DNA of 62,419 nt, the filler included, from Aduncisulcus paluster (lineage: Eukaryota): the NCBI GenBank assembly GCA_024181965.1. It is 4 parts of 4 records of this genome, joined end to end, with 100 filler letters (N's around TTAATTAATTAA, not from the genome) between each part and the next. Parts side by side here need not be neighbours in the genome. Positions count along the whole stretch, not along the records: positions 27,639 to 40,899 come from BQXS01012653.1; positions 41,000 to 55,266 come from BQXS01012655.1; 2 more parts are not named here. One strand, given 5' to 3'. The notes beneath the pieces are model-generated. The model was not told where the DNA came from, ran no database searches, and worked only from the letters and a program-made list of their open reading frames with translations. Below, in pieces: positions 36,254-46,695 of this stretch. The translations under genes were made by a program, and so were the position numbers. The first letter of the stretch is position 1; every line of letters begins with the position of its first letter.

Positions 36254-39200
36254 ATGCATGAAATCGAACATGAATCTGAAAAGTCCCATAAATCATTGAC
36301 TTCGTATGAGAAATCAATGATTTCTTTTGGTAGTCCCAATTTTGGCAACTCTTGTTACCTCAATTCTGCTGTAATATGTCTTAAAACAATGCGAGATATT
36401 ATCCTGCCCTTATTTAAAAGAGGATTTCATGGGTATGCAAAGATTGAGCCTTTATATCTTCATTTAAAAGGTGACAATCTTACTAAGGCTGTTATTTCCA
36501 TTATCAAGCACATGCTTTTTGGAAAGAAGAAAAAGACGGATTTATTGTTTGACACCGAGGAACAGACATGTAAAGAGAAAAAAGAACACCAAAAAGAAAT
36601 ATCTGACCAAGAAATTCCAAAACCTTCAACTCTTGTTCCCATCAAGAAAAAGTCAAAGGGAGGCGTAAAGAAATGGAAATTGCCTCCAACAACCTCCTCG
36701 GTATTAGCTTCTGCGTTCTTTTCGTCATTTATGGCGACTTTTCCATTTTTTGCTGATCATGGGCAACATGACTCACATGAAGCTATTTCAATGTTATTAA
36801 TCCATATTGAAGATGCTATTGAACGTGAAATTATCGGATCACTCAGCGATATTGTTGATAAATTGGAAATGCATGAATTAGAATCTTCTGATTTGAAGAT
36901 TTCGGATCACATTGTTCAATCTGATCGTTCAATCGTGTCTTCTCATGACAATACTCTTTTCAATAGATGCAGTGCTGCGATAAATGAGGAATATATTCCT
37001 TCAGATCTTTCATATTCTGTTGATCATCCTTCTTCTCCCTTTTCCTCATCAACGACATGTGTGTGTGGAAGATATGGTGATCAGAGACGTGGGACATGCC
37101 GCTCTTGTTGTCTGAAGTTCCCTTTNNNNNNNNNNNNNNNNNNNNCTCTTTTCAATAGATGCAGTGCTGCGATAAATGAGGAATATATTCCTTCAGATCT
37201 TTCATATTCTGTTGATCATCCTTCTTCTCCCTTTTCCTCATCAACGACATGTGTGTGTGGAAGATATGGTGATCAGAGACGTGGGACATGCCGCTCTTGT
37301 TGTCTGAAGTTCCCTTTGCCCCTTCCCATGTTCCCTTCTGCGAAGGCTTCCGACCAATCGATCACTCACACAATCATCAACCCCGTTCGCTTCTCCTTAT
37401 CGCATTCTTTAAAGCACAGCATGTGCTGTTGTGCATGCGGTTGTGTGTTTACTAGCTTTGAGAACGGAATGAGTGTGACTATTCCGCTATCTGATGATGA
37501 TCAGTGGGATTGGTATAACCATCGTGAAGAAGCATACACAGAAGAAATGCAAGCATGTGTGAGTGAGTGTGAAAAGAAACATATCCACCCATTAGTTAGA
37601 AGGTTTGTTCTCAAGGATCTAAAAAAAGATTCAAAGCTTGTCTATGAGGCGTACATTGATGACGATGGCTGGACCACAAGTGGCAAGAAGAAACAGGTTA
37701 AAAGGGATCCTCCCAAATATGTTGCAAAACATGGTCGTCTTGCTTCTTCGCCATTCTCAGCATCCAGTGAGGATTCTCTATATTCAGGCGCTCCTTCTTC
37801 CTTCAGAAAATCTCTCTCAACCCCGCCTCTTATCCTTGCCCTAAAAAAGCTAGGTCCACATTCTGTTGGTGCCTGTGGATCTCTTTGCAACATAGAATCA
37901 GGTCTGATGAGGGAATTTTGTCTTGAACGTGTGTGTTCATCTGTATGTGATTCTTCTCGTGCTCCTCAAATTCCTTTATGTGGAGGAAAGAAGAAGAACA
38001 AAAACAGGAAACACGATAGAGAATCAAAATCTTCTTCTTCTTCTTCCTCCTCCTCCTCCTCTTCTTCTTCTTCTTCTTCTCCTTCTTCTTCTTCTTCTTC
38101 TTCATTCTCCAGTCCAATGGAAATGAGTGGCGTTCAATCAGAACAAGGTTCTTCTTCAATTCATAGTCAAGCTTCTTCTTCCCCTCTTCCATGCACCCAG
38201 ACATTTCTTCCCTCCTTTGTGTGTGACTGGTGTTCTCTGGAAAAAGTGTCTGAATGGTGTCCATCCATCGAGGAAGAGAGTGACAAACGAGACAAGAGAG
38301 AGGCGAGGGAAGAGAAGAAATGGATGAATCAATGGGAATTGGCCATGGAGAGGCATGAGAAAAGGAACGAAGCGTGGATTCATAGTGTGAAAAAGCAATC
38401 GAGATTGGAGCATCCTGACGTTGACTCATCCAATACAGTGAAGGATATTGATCATCTATCTGAACTGCTCTTCTCTCCCGAAATACCTATATTCATTCCT
38501 TCCCCTCCTCCGAGCTCTTCCGCCCTGAGCTCTATCGCAACTCTCCTGCTTGCTATGATGCGATGGAAGAGAGGAGAGGATGGAACAGGGGAGATTGTAC
38601 GTGGATGTAGGGGTGAGTGGAGGATAGAATTGGAATTGCTGGAAGCTGAGTGGCTCCGTATTCGCATTCAAAAGGAGTGGGAGGCTCAAGTAAGGGAATG
38701 GAAATCAATGGCCAAGTTGAGTACGAAAGATCACGTTGGATTTATCGATAAATATTTGTATATCTCCAAATTCCCGATTATTTCTTCTGTTTTACCTGTT
38801 TCCGCCCAACGAAGACTGCTTTCGCTTCCATGCTTCCCTTCCCCCTCTCAATTCTCCTCTATTCTGGCTGTACGGACCCCAGCCCTTCGGTGTAGATCTC
38901 TCCATACATTGCCGAGAACTCTATTGTGTCAGTTACGTCGTTTTAGGTTTGACGGGAAACTCTTGGGCGGGAAGAAGAAGAAGGGTAAATCCCAATCGAA
39001 AAAAGAGTCGTCGGATGGGAGAGGCGGAAAGTCACAGCCAACGAACAGTTCAGGTAATGAGTCTCATTCCTCGTCTGTTCCCGATGTCATTGATGACCAG
39101 TACCTTCAACAACTCGCAAGGAGAGATAAATGGGACAAAAAGGCTCAAAAGAAGAAGGAAAGGAGACAAAAACGTGGCGATGCATGGAAGAAAAAGAAAG

Positions 39201-39565
39201 ATTGGACACATTCATATGGTTTGGTTAAAGATACAACATTCTTTGATATCCAAGAGTTTATTTCTCTTAATTCACTATTCCGCCAGTCTTCAGTCCATTC
39301 CGGAAAGAGGTTTGATTACGGATATGCTTCTCAGTTTTCTAAATCGGGAATAGGTTCTCATGAACACTTGTCATATCGTCTTCGCTCCGTTTCATGTCAT
39401 CGCGGTACTCTTACAAAGGGTCATTACACTTCGTTTGCTCGAAAGGGTGATATTTGGGAGATGTTTGATGACATGAAAGTCAAACCTGTCACATTTGAGG
39501 AGGTCAAAGCGGCTGGTTCAAATGTTTACATGCTTGTATATGAAATCACAGAAAAGGGCTCGTAA
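36254..39565 (+). CDS. Ubiquitin-specific protease (peptidase C19), ~1040 aa after removing the 192-nt gap overlap
   Basis: Cys box GSPNFGNSCYLNS; QHDSHE; LPRTLLCQLRRF; His box HRGTLTKGHYTSF...WEMFDD; YMLVY. Confidence 0.93.
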   Translation: MHEIEHESEKSHKSLTSYEKSMISFGSPNFGNSCYLNSAVICLKTMRDIILPLFKRGFHGYAKIEPLYLHLKGDNLTKAVISIIKHMLFGKKKKTDLLFDTEEQTCKEKKEHQKEISDQEIPKPSTLVPIKKKSKGGVKKWKLPPTTSSVLASAFFSSFMATFPFFADHGQHDSHEAISMLLIHIEDAIEREIIGSLSDIVDKLEMHELESSDLKISDHIVQSDRSIVSSHDNTLFNRCSAAINEEYIPSDLSYSVDHPSSPFSSSTTCVCGRYGDQRRGTCRSCCLKFPXXXXXXXXLFNRCSAAINEEYIPSDLSYSVDHPSSPFSSSTTCVCGRYGDQRRGTCRSCCLKFPLPLPMFPSAKASDQSITHTIINPVRFSLSHSLKHSMCCCACGCVFTSFENGMSVTIPLSDDDQWDWYNHREEAYTEEMQACVSECEKKHIHPLVRRFVLKDLKKDSKLVYEAYIDDDGWTTSGKKKQVKRDPPKYVAKHGRLASSPFSASSEDSLYSGAPSSFRKSLSTPPLILALKKLGPHSVGACGSLCNIESGLMREFCLERVCSSVCDSSRAPQIPLCGGKKKNKNRKHDRESKSSSSSSSSSSSSSSSSSPSSSSSSSFSSPMEMSGVQSEQGSSSIHSQASSSPLPCTQTFLPSFVCDWCSLEKVSEWCPSIEEESDKRDKREAREEKKWMNQWELAMERHEKRNEAWIHSVKKQSRLEHPDVDSSNTVKDIDHLSELLFSPEIPIFIPSPPPSSSALSSIATLLLAMMRWKRGEDGTGEIVRGCRGEWRIELELLEAEWLRIRIQKEWEAQVREWKSMAKLSTKDHVGFIDKYLYISKFPIISSVLPVSAQRRLLSLPCFPSPSQFSSILAVRTPALRCRSLHTLPRTLLCQLRRFRFDGKLLGGKKKKGKSQSKKESSDGRGGKSQPTNSSGNESHSSSVPDVIDDQYLQQLARRDKWDKKAQKKKERRQKRGDAWKKKKDWTHSYGLVKDTTFFDIQEFISLNSLFRQSSVHSGKRFDYGYASQFSKSGIGSHEHLSYRLRSVSCHRGTLTKGHYTSFARKGDIWEMFDDMKVKPVTFEEVKAAGSNVYMLVYEITEKGS

Positions 39566-40245
39566 ATTCACTGAATTTTCTTGGCAAGACAGATTCATTT
39601 TCCATTTTGTTTCAAAGCACTGTTGATTCTATTACCTAGTTAAATTGATTAATATTAATGATAATATTTACTATTCCTTGATATCATTTTGCCATATCAC
39701 ATATTAAGTGTGACCCCAGCCTGGGGCATCTGAGATGATGACACTTCTTGTAACATCTACCAGCTTTTCGATTTCATAGGGATTTTGTCCAACAATCTAG
39801 AATAAATGAATGGATGTTTCGTGTCAAACGCCTTGAGCTTCTTTTCTAAAGAGCATCCCTCGGAGCACAGCTCTCTTCCCAATGTGAGATCTTCCTTTTT
39901 TTTTGGTGTCGTGAAGTTATATGAAGTTGCATACGGTGTACGACTATTGGAACTCCATCCTCATTAACGGCGTGATGCGACAGAAAACAGGGGCAACAAA
40001 TAAGAATGTGGCAAACAATGTAGTATTCGGGAAGGCAATGATCCACTCATCAATTAACAGCAACATCATTCTAGTCACCCACAATTCTATCAATATGATA
40101 AAGTGAGAGGTTAGTTGGAAGTGTTGTTGTTGGTAGGTGTTCAATGGTGTGTATCCCACACCATCTATCGCTGATAGTTAATATTTGGAGTATGAGTTAC
40201 TATTTCTTCATGGTATAACACTTTGACAGTGATATATGTCATATG

Positions 40246-40899
40246 CAGAGATTCCGGAAAAAAATCACATCTTCAAAAAAGAGAATTTTAATAAATAATT
40301 TAACCTATACTTTATATTAAGTAATATTTTAAAATTATATCTTAATATTTTCAAAAGTATAACCATGATTCAAATCAAAAAAATAAGTAAACAAAATGAC
40401 AAGTCTGTGTTGATGACAGCCGAAATTATTGATGTTATAAAGCCATCTCTGGATGAGAAATATAAAGGAAAAATAATATGGGTTAGATATAAACAAATTA
40501 GAAAAATCGACCATACCCTAAAAAAATCAGAAATTTTTGAAATCATGAAAAATGAAATTGAAAAGCATTTTAGGATAATAAGTGAGGAAATCCCAATTAA
40601 AATTCGTTGTTTGACATGTGATGCTGATCTGACTGGGAAAAAATCACTCTATTCTCATATTCTCAGTCAAGTCCACGGAACAAATGTGTGTTTAGATGAT
40701 GATAAGGAGCAAAAAGAACTGCCAATGAAGAGACGGTTTCTAAGAGACTTGTGCGTATCTAAAGCAATGTTTTCAGGTATTCCTATCCCAGCGTTAATTA
40801 AGTTCCTTGATGAAGAACTGCAAGAAGAAATTGCCGAATGGTACCTGTCGACAAAACGAGCTTTGAAATTATGTCTATCAACGAGTTATGATTCAGCAC
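40246..40899 (+). mobile_element. 5' end of a putative hAT-like (CGGBP1-related) DNA transposon; transposase ORF from 40365, truncated by the linker
   Basis: Zinc finger CLTC-x12-H-x5-H followed by FLRDLC...SGIP...L..FL; candidate TIR CAGAGATTCCGG at 40246; AT-rich codon usage. Confidence 0.6.
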
Positions 40900-40999
40900 N
40901 NNNNNNNNNNNNNNNNNNNNNNNNNNNNNNNNNNNNNNNNNNNTTAATTAATTAANNNNNNNNNNNNNNNNNNNNNNNNNNNNNNNNNNNNNNNNNNNN
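40900..40999. other. Artificial scaffold linker
   Basis: N-run + TTAATTAATTAA + N-run. Confidence 0.97.
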
Positions 41000-42360
41000 A
41001 TATCCTCAAATGAAGGTATCATGGCCATTATTTCAGGTGATGGTGAAGCTGTTCTTGGGGAAGATGATGAATGTGAGATCTCATTCTCCACAAACCTACT
41101 CTCTCGCTCCCTCTCTCTCTCCCTCTCGCTCTCCCTGGCTCGTTCTTGTTGCTCTTGGATGATCCGCTCTTCTTCTTCGATCGCAGCCCTTTCTTCCTCT
41201 TCTTGCTTCTTCTTCATCTGCTGCTCTCTCCTTTCACGAAGCTTCTCCTGGTGTTTCCTTGCTTTCTCATCTTTTATCTTCTCTTGGCGATCCCATTCTT
41301 TAATAACTCTATCAGGAACTGACAGCAATTTCATTCCAGAGGGGCGGCGGCTGACTTGAGCCTTTCGGACCTTCTCAAGAATTTGAGTAAGATGTTGAGG
41401 ATCGGACATGATATTGAACACATTCGTTTGTGCATTTTGAAAGCAATCGTTCAAGGTTCTACGCAATGTCGAGAGTTCTTCAACTAATTCGCGTCTCCTT
41501 ATTTTAAGATCCCTCTTTTCAAGTGGAGCAAGAGTAGCTTCTTTAATGGCTCTACATATCAACTTCCACTCGTCCAATTTATCTTTCCTGAGTGTCCTCC
41601 ATAACACAAGATATGGAGAAGATCTGAGGCGAAACTCCCTCCATTTCATCACAAGAGGAGTCAAAATATCACAAAGATGATCAATACGAAGAGACCGGAT
41701 GCGTTTCATAATTCTATGCGCTCTCCAATTCCGTTGCAACACATGAACAGCATATTGAGTGGAATAAAACTCTCGATTAAGAATTCGAGTATTGATACAC
41801 CTTTTAACAACTGATACAGCTTGCATATATATTTTAAACTCGTGATATTGCTTTTTCCCACGGAAAGCAGCTTGCATTTTCATGACACCTTCACGGACTT
41901 GTAAAAACCTCTTCCTATCCACGCTCATTCTCATAAAACGGCAAATAACATTCGCTGATTGTTCTTTTTTTCTTTCTATGATAGCCTCGTGGTGTGCTCG
42001 CCAATTAGATTGAATTATTGTGGCACATTTATGGAGAGTCTTCCTCTCAAGACGCTTTATGGCCGCATTAAACCGAATTTCTTCTAATTTTTTCTGTTTC
42101 TCAAGTTTATCTTTCTCCATTTCAATCATTTTTCTTTCTGCTTCTTCTCTTTCCCTTTGTAATTGTTCCTTTTCGAGTGTATCCATTATAATTGTCGAAA
42201 ATTTTCCATCTACATCAATAAAATCTCCATATTTTTTATGAATACGCTCTTTCGTTAAAGAATAAAAAGTATCAAACGGTATAAGATATCTCGGATCATC
42301 AAATTTTGTAAAATCATTTTCCTTATGTTTAGGGAGTGTTTTTTGAGCAGAGGGTGGCAT
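41000..42360 (-). CDS. IQ calmodulin-binding motif protein, 3'-truncated
   Basis: IQSNWRAHH, MQAAFRGKKQY and LQRNWRAHR motifs; coiled coils. Confidence 0.85.
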
Positions 42361-42538
42361 TAATTTTATATTCGGTAAAGGTTTAATAAATCAAATCTAA
42401 TTATACAAGGAAAATAAGCTCACAAACCAGTGGTTTGAAACCACAATTGTTGGTATAACTTATTTTACCATGTATAACCAATTTAAATTTAATAACAAAC
42501 ATATATATTTAAGAATTTTTAATTTATAAGTTTTGTAT

Positions 42539-43348
42539 TTATTCAATATCATCAATGAGCTTCCATCGACCTTCTCTTATTAATTCCGAGGTTTTGACCC
42601 CATATTGCATCTTAATGATAGCCTTTTCAGCTTCAAGGTAATCATTTTTTGCGATACCTTGTTTAAATTGTTTAGTAGCTGTTGAGATTAGACTTTCAGC
42701 TGCCTTTTCAGCAGAGTCAAAATGTCCGGAATCAACTTCTTCACGTATTTCCATTTGTTCCATCAAAAATTCAGTTCCGAGACTTTGTAATACGGCCTTT
42801 TTGTCAAAAACTTCATCAACATCGACGGAAGGTGATGATGATTCACCCCAAGCCTCGGCTACTTTAGCAGCTCGCTCTGGTCCATCTTTCTTGAGCGATA
42901 ACAAATAAATTGATCGTTGAAGCGGGCTGTTTAAAGTGTTAAATGCGATATTGAGGCGAGATGAGTGGTTATGAGACGTACAGAGTTCATCTGGGGTATG
43001 ATCAGCTGAAGAGAAACGATCAGGATGCAATTTCGTTTGTAAATTTCTAAATTCTTTCACTAATTTGCTTTTATCAACATCAAAACTTTCGGGGATATCA
43101 AATAATTCGAAAAAATCTAGAGATTGACAAACAGGCTTTAATCTACTACATTTCTTGCAGAAGAAGTTACCCTCCGTTGATTTTAAACACACTTTGCACA
43201 TCGATTCGCACGATGCATTCTTTTCACACGTTTCACAAGGATTGCTGGAGGGAGTGGACACTGTTTCCCCAGGAGTTGAGAAAAATGAAAATATCGATGA
43301 AAGGGATTTATGGATGGAAGTAGTATATATTGCAGGGACTTTTAACAT
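42539..43348 (-). CDS. HSCB: Fe-S cluster co-chaperone HscB/HSC20/Jac1 with Cys-rich N-terminal domain and putative organellar presequence
   Basis: J-domain DFFELFDI...LQTKLHPDRF, LNIAFNTLNSPLQRSIYLL; C-terminal EFLMEQMEIREEV; ATG at 43348. Confidence 0.92.
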   Translation of the reverse strand: MLKVPAIYTTSIHKSLSSIFSFFSTPGETVSTPSSNPCETCEKNASCESMCKVCLKSTEGNFFCKKCSRLKPVCQSLDFFELFDIPESFDVDKSKLVKEFRNLQTKLHPDRFSSADHTPDELCTSHNHSSRLNIAFNTLNSPLQRSIYLLSLKKDGPERAAKVAEAWGESSSPSVDVDEVFDKKAVLQSLGTEFLMEQMEIREEVDSGHFDSAEKAAESLISTATKQFKQGIAKNDYLEAEKAIIKMQYGVKTSELIREGRWKLIDDIE

Positions 43349-43797
43349 TGAAATGGAAGAAATATTTTTAAAATTTAATCGGGAACCAAAGTAGAAAAAA
43401 AGCACTATAGAAAGGTCAGAGAGAGAGATATGATTAATGGAGTTATTGGTCACATTTTAGAAGAGAAAACACAAATATCATGCAAAATAACAGAAATAAT
43501 GACCATATAAACAACAGGTTAGTTAGAAGGAATACAATTCAGATATACTGCACTAAAAACGATAAAAAATAACAAATACAATATACTTACACAATCCAAC
43601 AATGCAATTGCAGAGAAATAGAGTTTTCTTCTTCTGTGTCTTCACCTCAGCTAAAAACCAGTGATATACAAGCAAAAATAGGGATACATTGGCCATTGAT
43701 TGTACTTTTATTTTTATTTGGACTTAATTCTTTCTGGTTTTGGAAAGAGATCATTCCAATCATTTTTTTTTTTTGTCACTTGGACCAGGAAGCCAGA

Positions 43798-46059
43798 ATG
43801 TCCAAAGACAAAGTTGTTGGAAGAATAATAGAAAAGTCCTTTGAACAATTCAAGGACGTACACAGGTACATTATCGATTATGCCAAGGTCGTCGCGAATA
43901 ATTTGGATTATTCACAATCTAAAGATGCTAGGAATCAATTTATTCAAATATTATCCCCTATTTTACTTTCTTTTGGTACTTTTACGAAACCATCTGAGTG
44001 TGAAACCTTCTTTTCCGATGTTTTTTCAAAACTTGCTCTTCACAAAGATAAGGATGTGAAAAAAGAAGATGACTCTCTTGAAGGACCAGTATCAGCTCAA
44101 GGACTGCGTGAAAAAGTTGAAAAACGTCGTGATGAATGGATTAGTCGTCAAAAACATGCTTCACTCGAGCAGCGTATTCTTGAAGAAAGAATCCGTCAAA
44201 CTGAAGAACAACGTCTTAAAAATATCAGCAAACGTATTGCTAGAGGAAAATCCGCCACTCTTCTTTCAGAGCAGGAGCGTCGTCGTCAGCTCCAAAGTAT
44301 TGGAATTGATGCTGGTGAGGCTACTGTCAGTGCTGTTCCAACTGCTCAGGAAGGAATGAATATCGTTCTTGAAAATTTCTCTGTTGCCTTTGGTGGAAAA
44401 GAACTTCTTACCAATACCAACCTGCGTCTTGTGTATGGAAGGCGTTATGGTTTTGTTGGTCGGAATGGTATGGGTAAGAGTACATTGCTTCGTTATATGA
44501 ATAACCGTGAACTTCCTGTTTCCAAAGAATTGGATATTTTTTATGTTTCTCAGGAAGCTCCCGGTGATGACCGTACAGTAATAGAAACTGTCCTCGAATG
44601 TGATCTTGAAAGGACCCGTCTTGTTCGAATGGAGAAAGATCTTGTGAAGCTGGAAGAAGAGATCTCCTCAGGGTCTTCTATTTCAGTCGATCTTAAGACT
44701 CTTTTCCCCGGGAAAGATGGTCACAGTCTCATTGAGTTGTCTGTTGATGGCGACGAGATAGCTCCCCCCACACCTGACCAGCTTGACAGACGTATGGATG
44801 AGCTCTATAACGAAATGATGGAGAAGGATGCATTCTCTGCCGAAGCCAAGGCAAGCAGAATTCTGTCTGGACTTCAGTTTACTCCTGCAATGCAACAAAA
44901 ACCCACAAAGGAATTCTCTGGAGGTTGGAGAATGCGTGTATCCCTTGCTACTGCTTTATATAAGGACCCAGACGTTCTGATGCTCGATGAGCCTTCCAAT
45001 CATCTTGATCTGAGTGCTGTGCTATGGTTAGAAGATTATCTCAAAAAATTCCGCAAACTTCTGATCCTTGTTTCTCACGATATCCAACTCCTTGATGCTG
45101 TATGTACTGATATTATTAACATTGAAGCTCGTAAATTGGTCATGTATTCTGGAAATTATTCCTCTTTCGTTCGTACCAGAGCTGCTCAGATGAAAACTTT
45201 TAGGAAAATGTCTGAAAATCAGGCCAAACGTCGTGAACATATGCAGAAATTCATTGATAAGTTCAGATTCAATGCCAAACGAGCCTCCATGGCACAAAGT
45301 AGGATCAAAGCTCTTCAGAAAATGGATAAGATTGATCTTGTTGAGGAGGATGCTTCCTTCCAATTCTCTTTCCCCTCTCCATCAAGTATTAGTGGGGATC
45401 TCATTTCTCTGAAGGATGTTGCTTTCTCCTACACTGGTACTTTCACCCCTTCATCTTTCTATTTGAAGGATGTCAATCTTACAGTCCGTGCTGGAAGTAG
45501 AATAGCTCTCGTTGGAGGCAATGGAGAAGGTAAATCCACTCTTCTGAAGCTCTTGTTCGGTCAACTGACTCCTCAAGTCGGAAAGGTCGAAATGAATGAG
45601 AGAGCCAAGGTTTCTGTGTTCCGTCAGCATCACGCAGAATTGCTTCCAATGGCTGAAACGCCCATTTCTATCCTCCAATCAAGATTCCCTGGTGGTGAAG
45701 AGTCTGATTACAGAACCCATCTTGGAAGCTTTGGAGTTACTGGAGCTCTTGCCGTCCAACCTATTCGTACTCTGAGTGGAGGACAAAAGAGTCGTGTTGC
45801 TTTCGCGCTTCTTACTTTCGCGAATGCCCCACATATCCTTCTGCTTGATGAGGTAAGTAACCATCTGGATATCGCTACTAGACAGGCCATTATCCACGCT
45901 CTCATCCAATACACTGGAAGCTTTGTGTTGGTCAGTCACGATGCACACTTAATCGAGACTACTTGTGACGAGTTATGGGTTGTTGGAGATAGTACAGTGA
46001 AGAAATTCGAGGGCGATTTTTCTGCTTACCGAACTCATGTTATGCAGTCAATGAAATAA
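43798..46059 (+). CDS. ABCF3: ABC-F family ATPase, ABCF3/GCN20-like
   Basis: Two NBDs (GRNGMGKS, FSGGWRMR, LDEPSNHLD; GGNGEGKS, LSGGQKSR, LDEVSNHLD), linker FIDKFRFNAKRASMAQSRIK, no TM segments after the ATG at 43798. Confidence 0.92.
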   Translation: MSKDKVVGRIIEKSFEQFKDVHRYIIDYAKVVANNLDYSQSKDARNQFIQILSPILLSFGTFTKPSECETFFSDVFSKLALHKDKDVKKEDDSLEGPVSAQGLREKVEKRRDEWISRQKHASLEQRILEERIRQTEEQRLKNISKRIARGKSATLLSEQERRRQLQSIGIDAGEATVSAVPTAQEGMNIVLENFSVAFGGKELLTNTNLRLVYGRRYGFVGRNGMGKSTLLRYMNNRELPVSKELDIFYVSQEAPGDDRTVIETVLECDLERTRLVRMEKDLVKLEEEISSGSSISVDLKTLFPGKDGHSLIELSVDGDEIAPPTPDQLDRRMDELYNEMMEKDAFSAEAKASRILSGLQFTPAMQQKPTKEFSGGWRMRVSLATALYKDPDVLMLDEPSNHLDLSAVLWLEDYLKKFRKLLILVSHDIQLLDAVCTDIINIEARKLVMYSGNYSSFVRTRAAQMKTFRKMSENQAKRREHMQKFIDKFRFNAKRASMAQSRIKALQKMDKIDLVEEDASFQFSFPSPSSISGDLISLKDVAFSYTGTFTPSSFYLKDVNLTVRAGSRIALVGGNGEGKSTLLKLLFGQLTPQVGKVEMNERAKVSVFRQHHAELLPMAETPISILQSRFPGGEESDYRTHLGSFGVTGALAVQPIRTLSGGQKSRVAFALLTFANAPHILLLDEVSNHLDIATRQAIIHALIQYTGSFVLVSHDAHLIETTCDELWVVGDSTVKKFEGDFSAYRTHVMQSMK

Positions 46060-46695
46060 ATTTCTCGTCATATGAAGAACCTAGTATATTGGAGATATTA
46101 CGAATTTATCTTGATTTGCCAAGTGTTGATGTCGGCGATTCTGCCGAGCAGTTGATTTTTTGAATGATCTCTCATTCTGTTTTGGTTCCCATACACAAAT
46201 CAATAATGTCATATCTGGCAATTTTATGTTTAGACCATTCATTTTTTTGAATGACTATGTCCAAAAGATAGTGAACGATGAGAAAATTTGGCCTTCACCA
46301 CCTCTCACTATAATATCGGACATTTACGACAAATTTTAAGATTTTCTTTGTAATCATCTATTAATATTATTATGTCATAAATTTGATTAATGTATTTTCT
46401 TTCAAAGATAATGGAAAGTTTCCTTTCTTCACTCATGTCCTGTTATGGATTTAGATTTAGGTACTTGAATGGTCATCCTTCGTGAGAGTTCTCATTTGTT
46501 AACTTGATATTATTTTTTATGTTATCCATTGTCCTGTAAGGTGAGTTGTTGATTTGTCTCACCTTTCGAGCAAAAGAGAAACGACAAGAATCTTTATTAT
46601 TAATTTATTAATTAATAATTTAGGCATTTTGATTAAGAATAAGTTCAATTAAGAAAGGACGGAGAAGAAAGCTCAAATTGAGCTGAATTCTCAAA

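Noticed and set aside
39700..40140. Short ORFs between USP and the transposon
   Set aside because: Fragmented frames with no recognisable motif; possibly a decayed gene but unsupported.
43636..43797. Hydrophobic N-terminal extension on ABCF3 (similarly on HscB and TLK)
   Set aside because: Arises from non-ATG starts in T-rich upstream DNA; downstream ATGs fit the families better.
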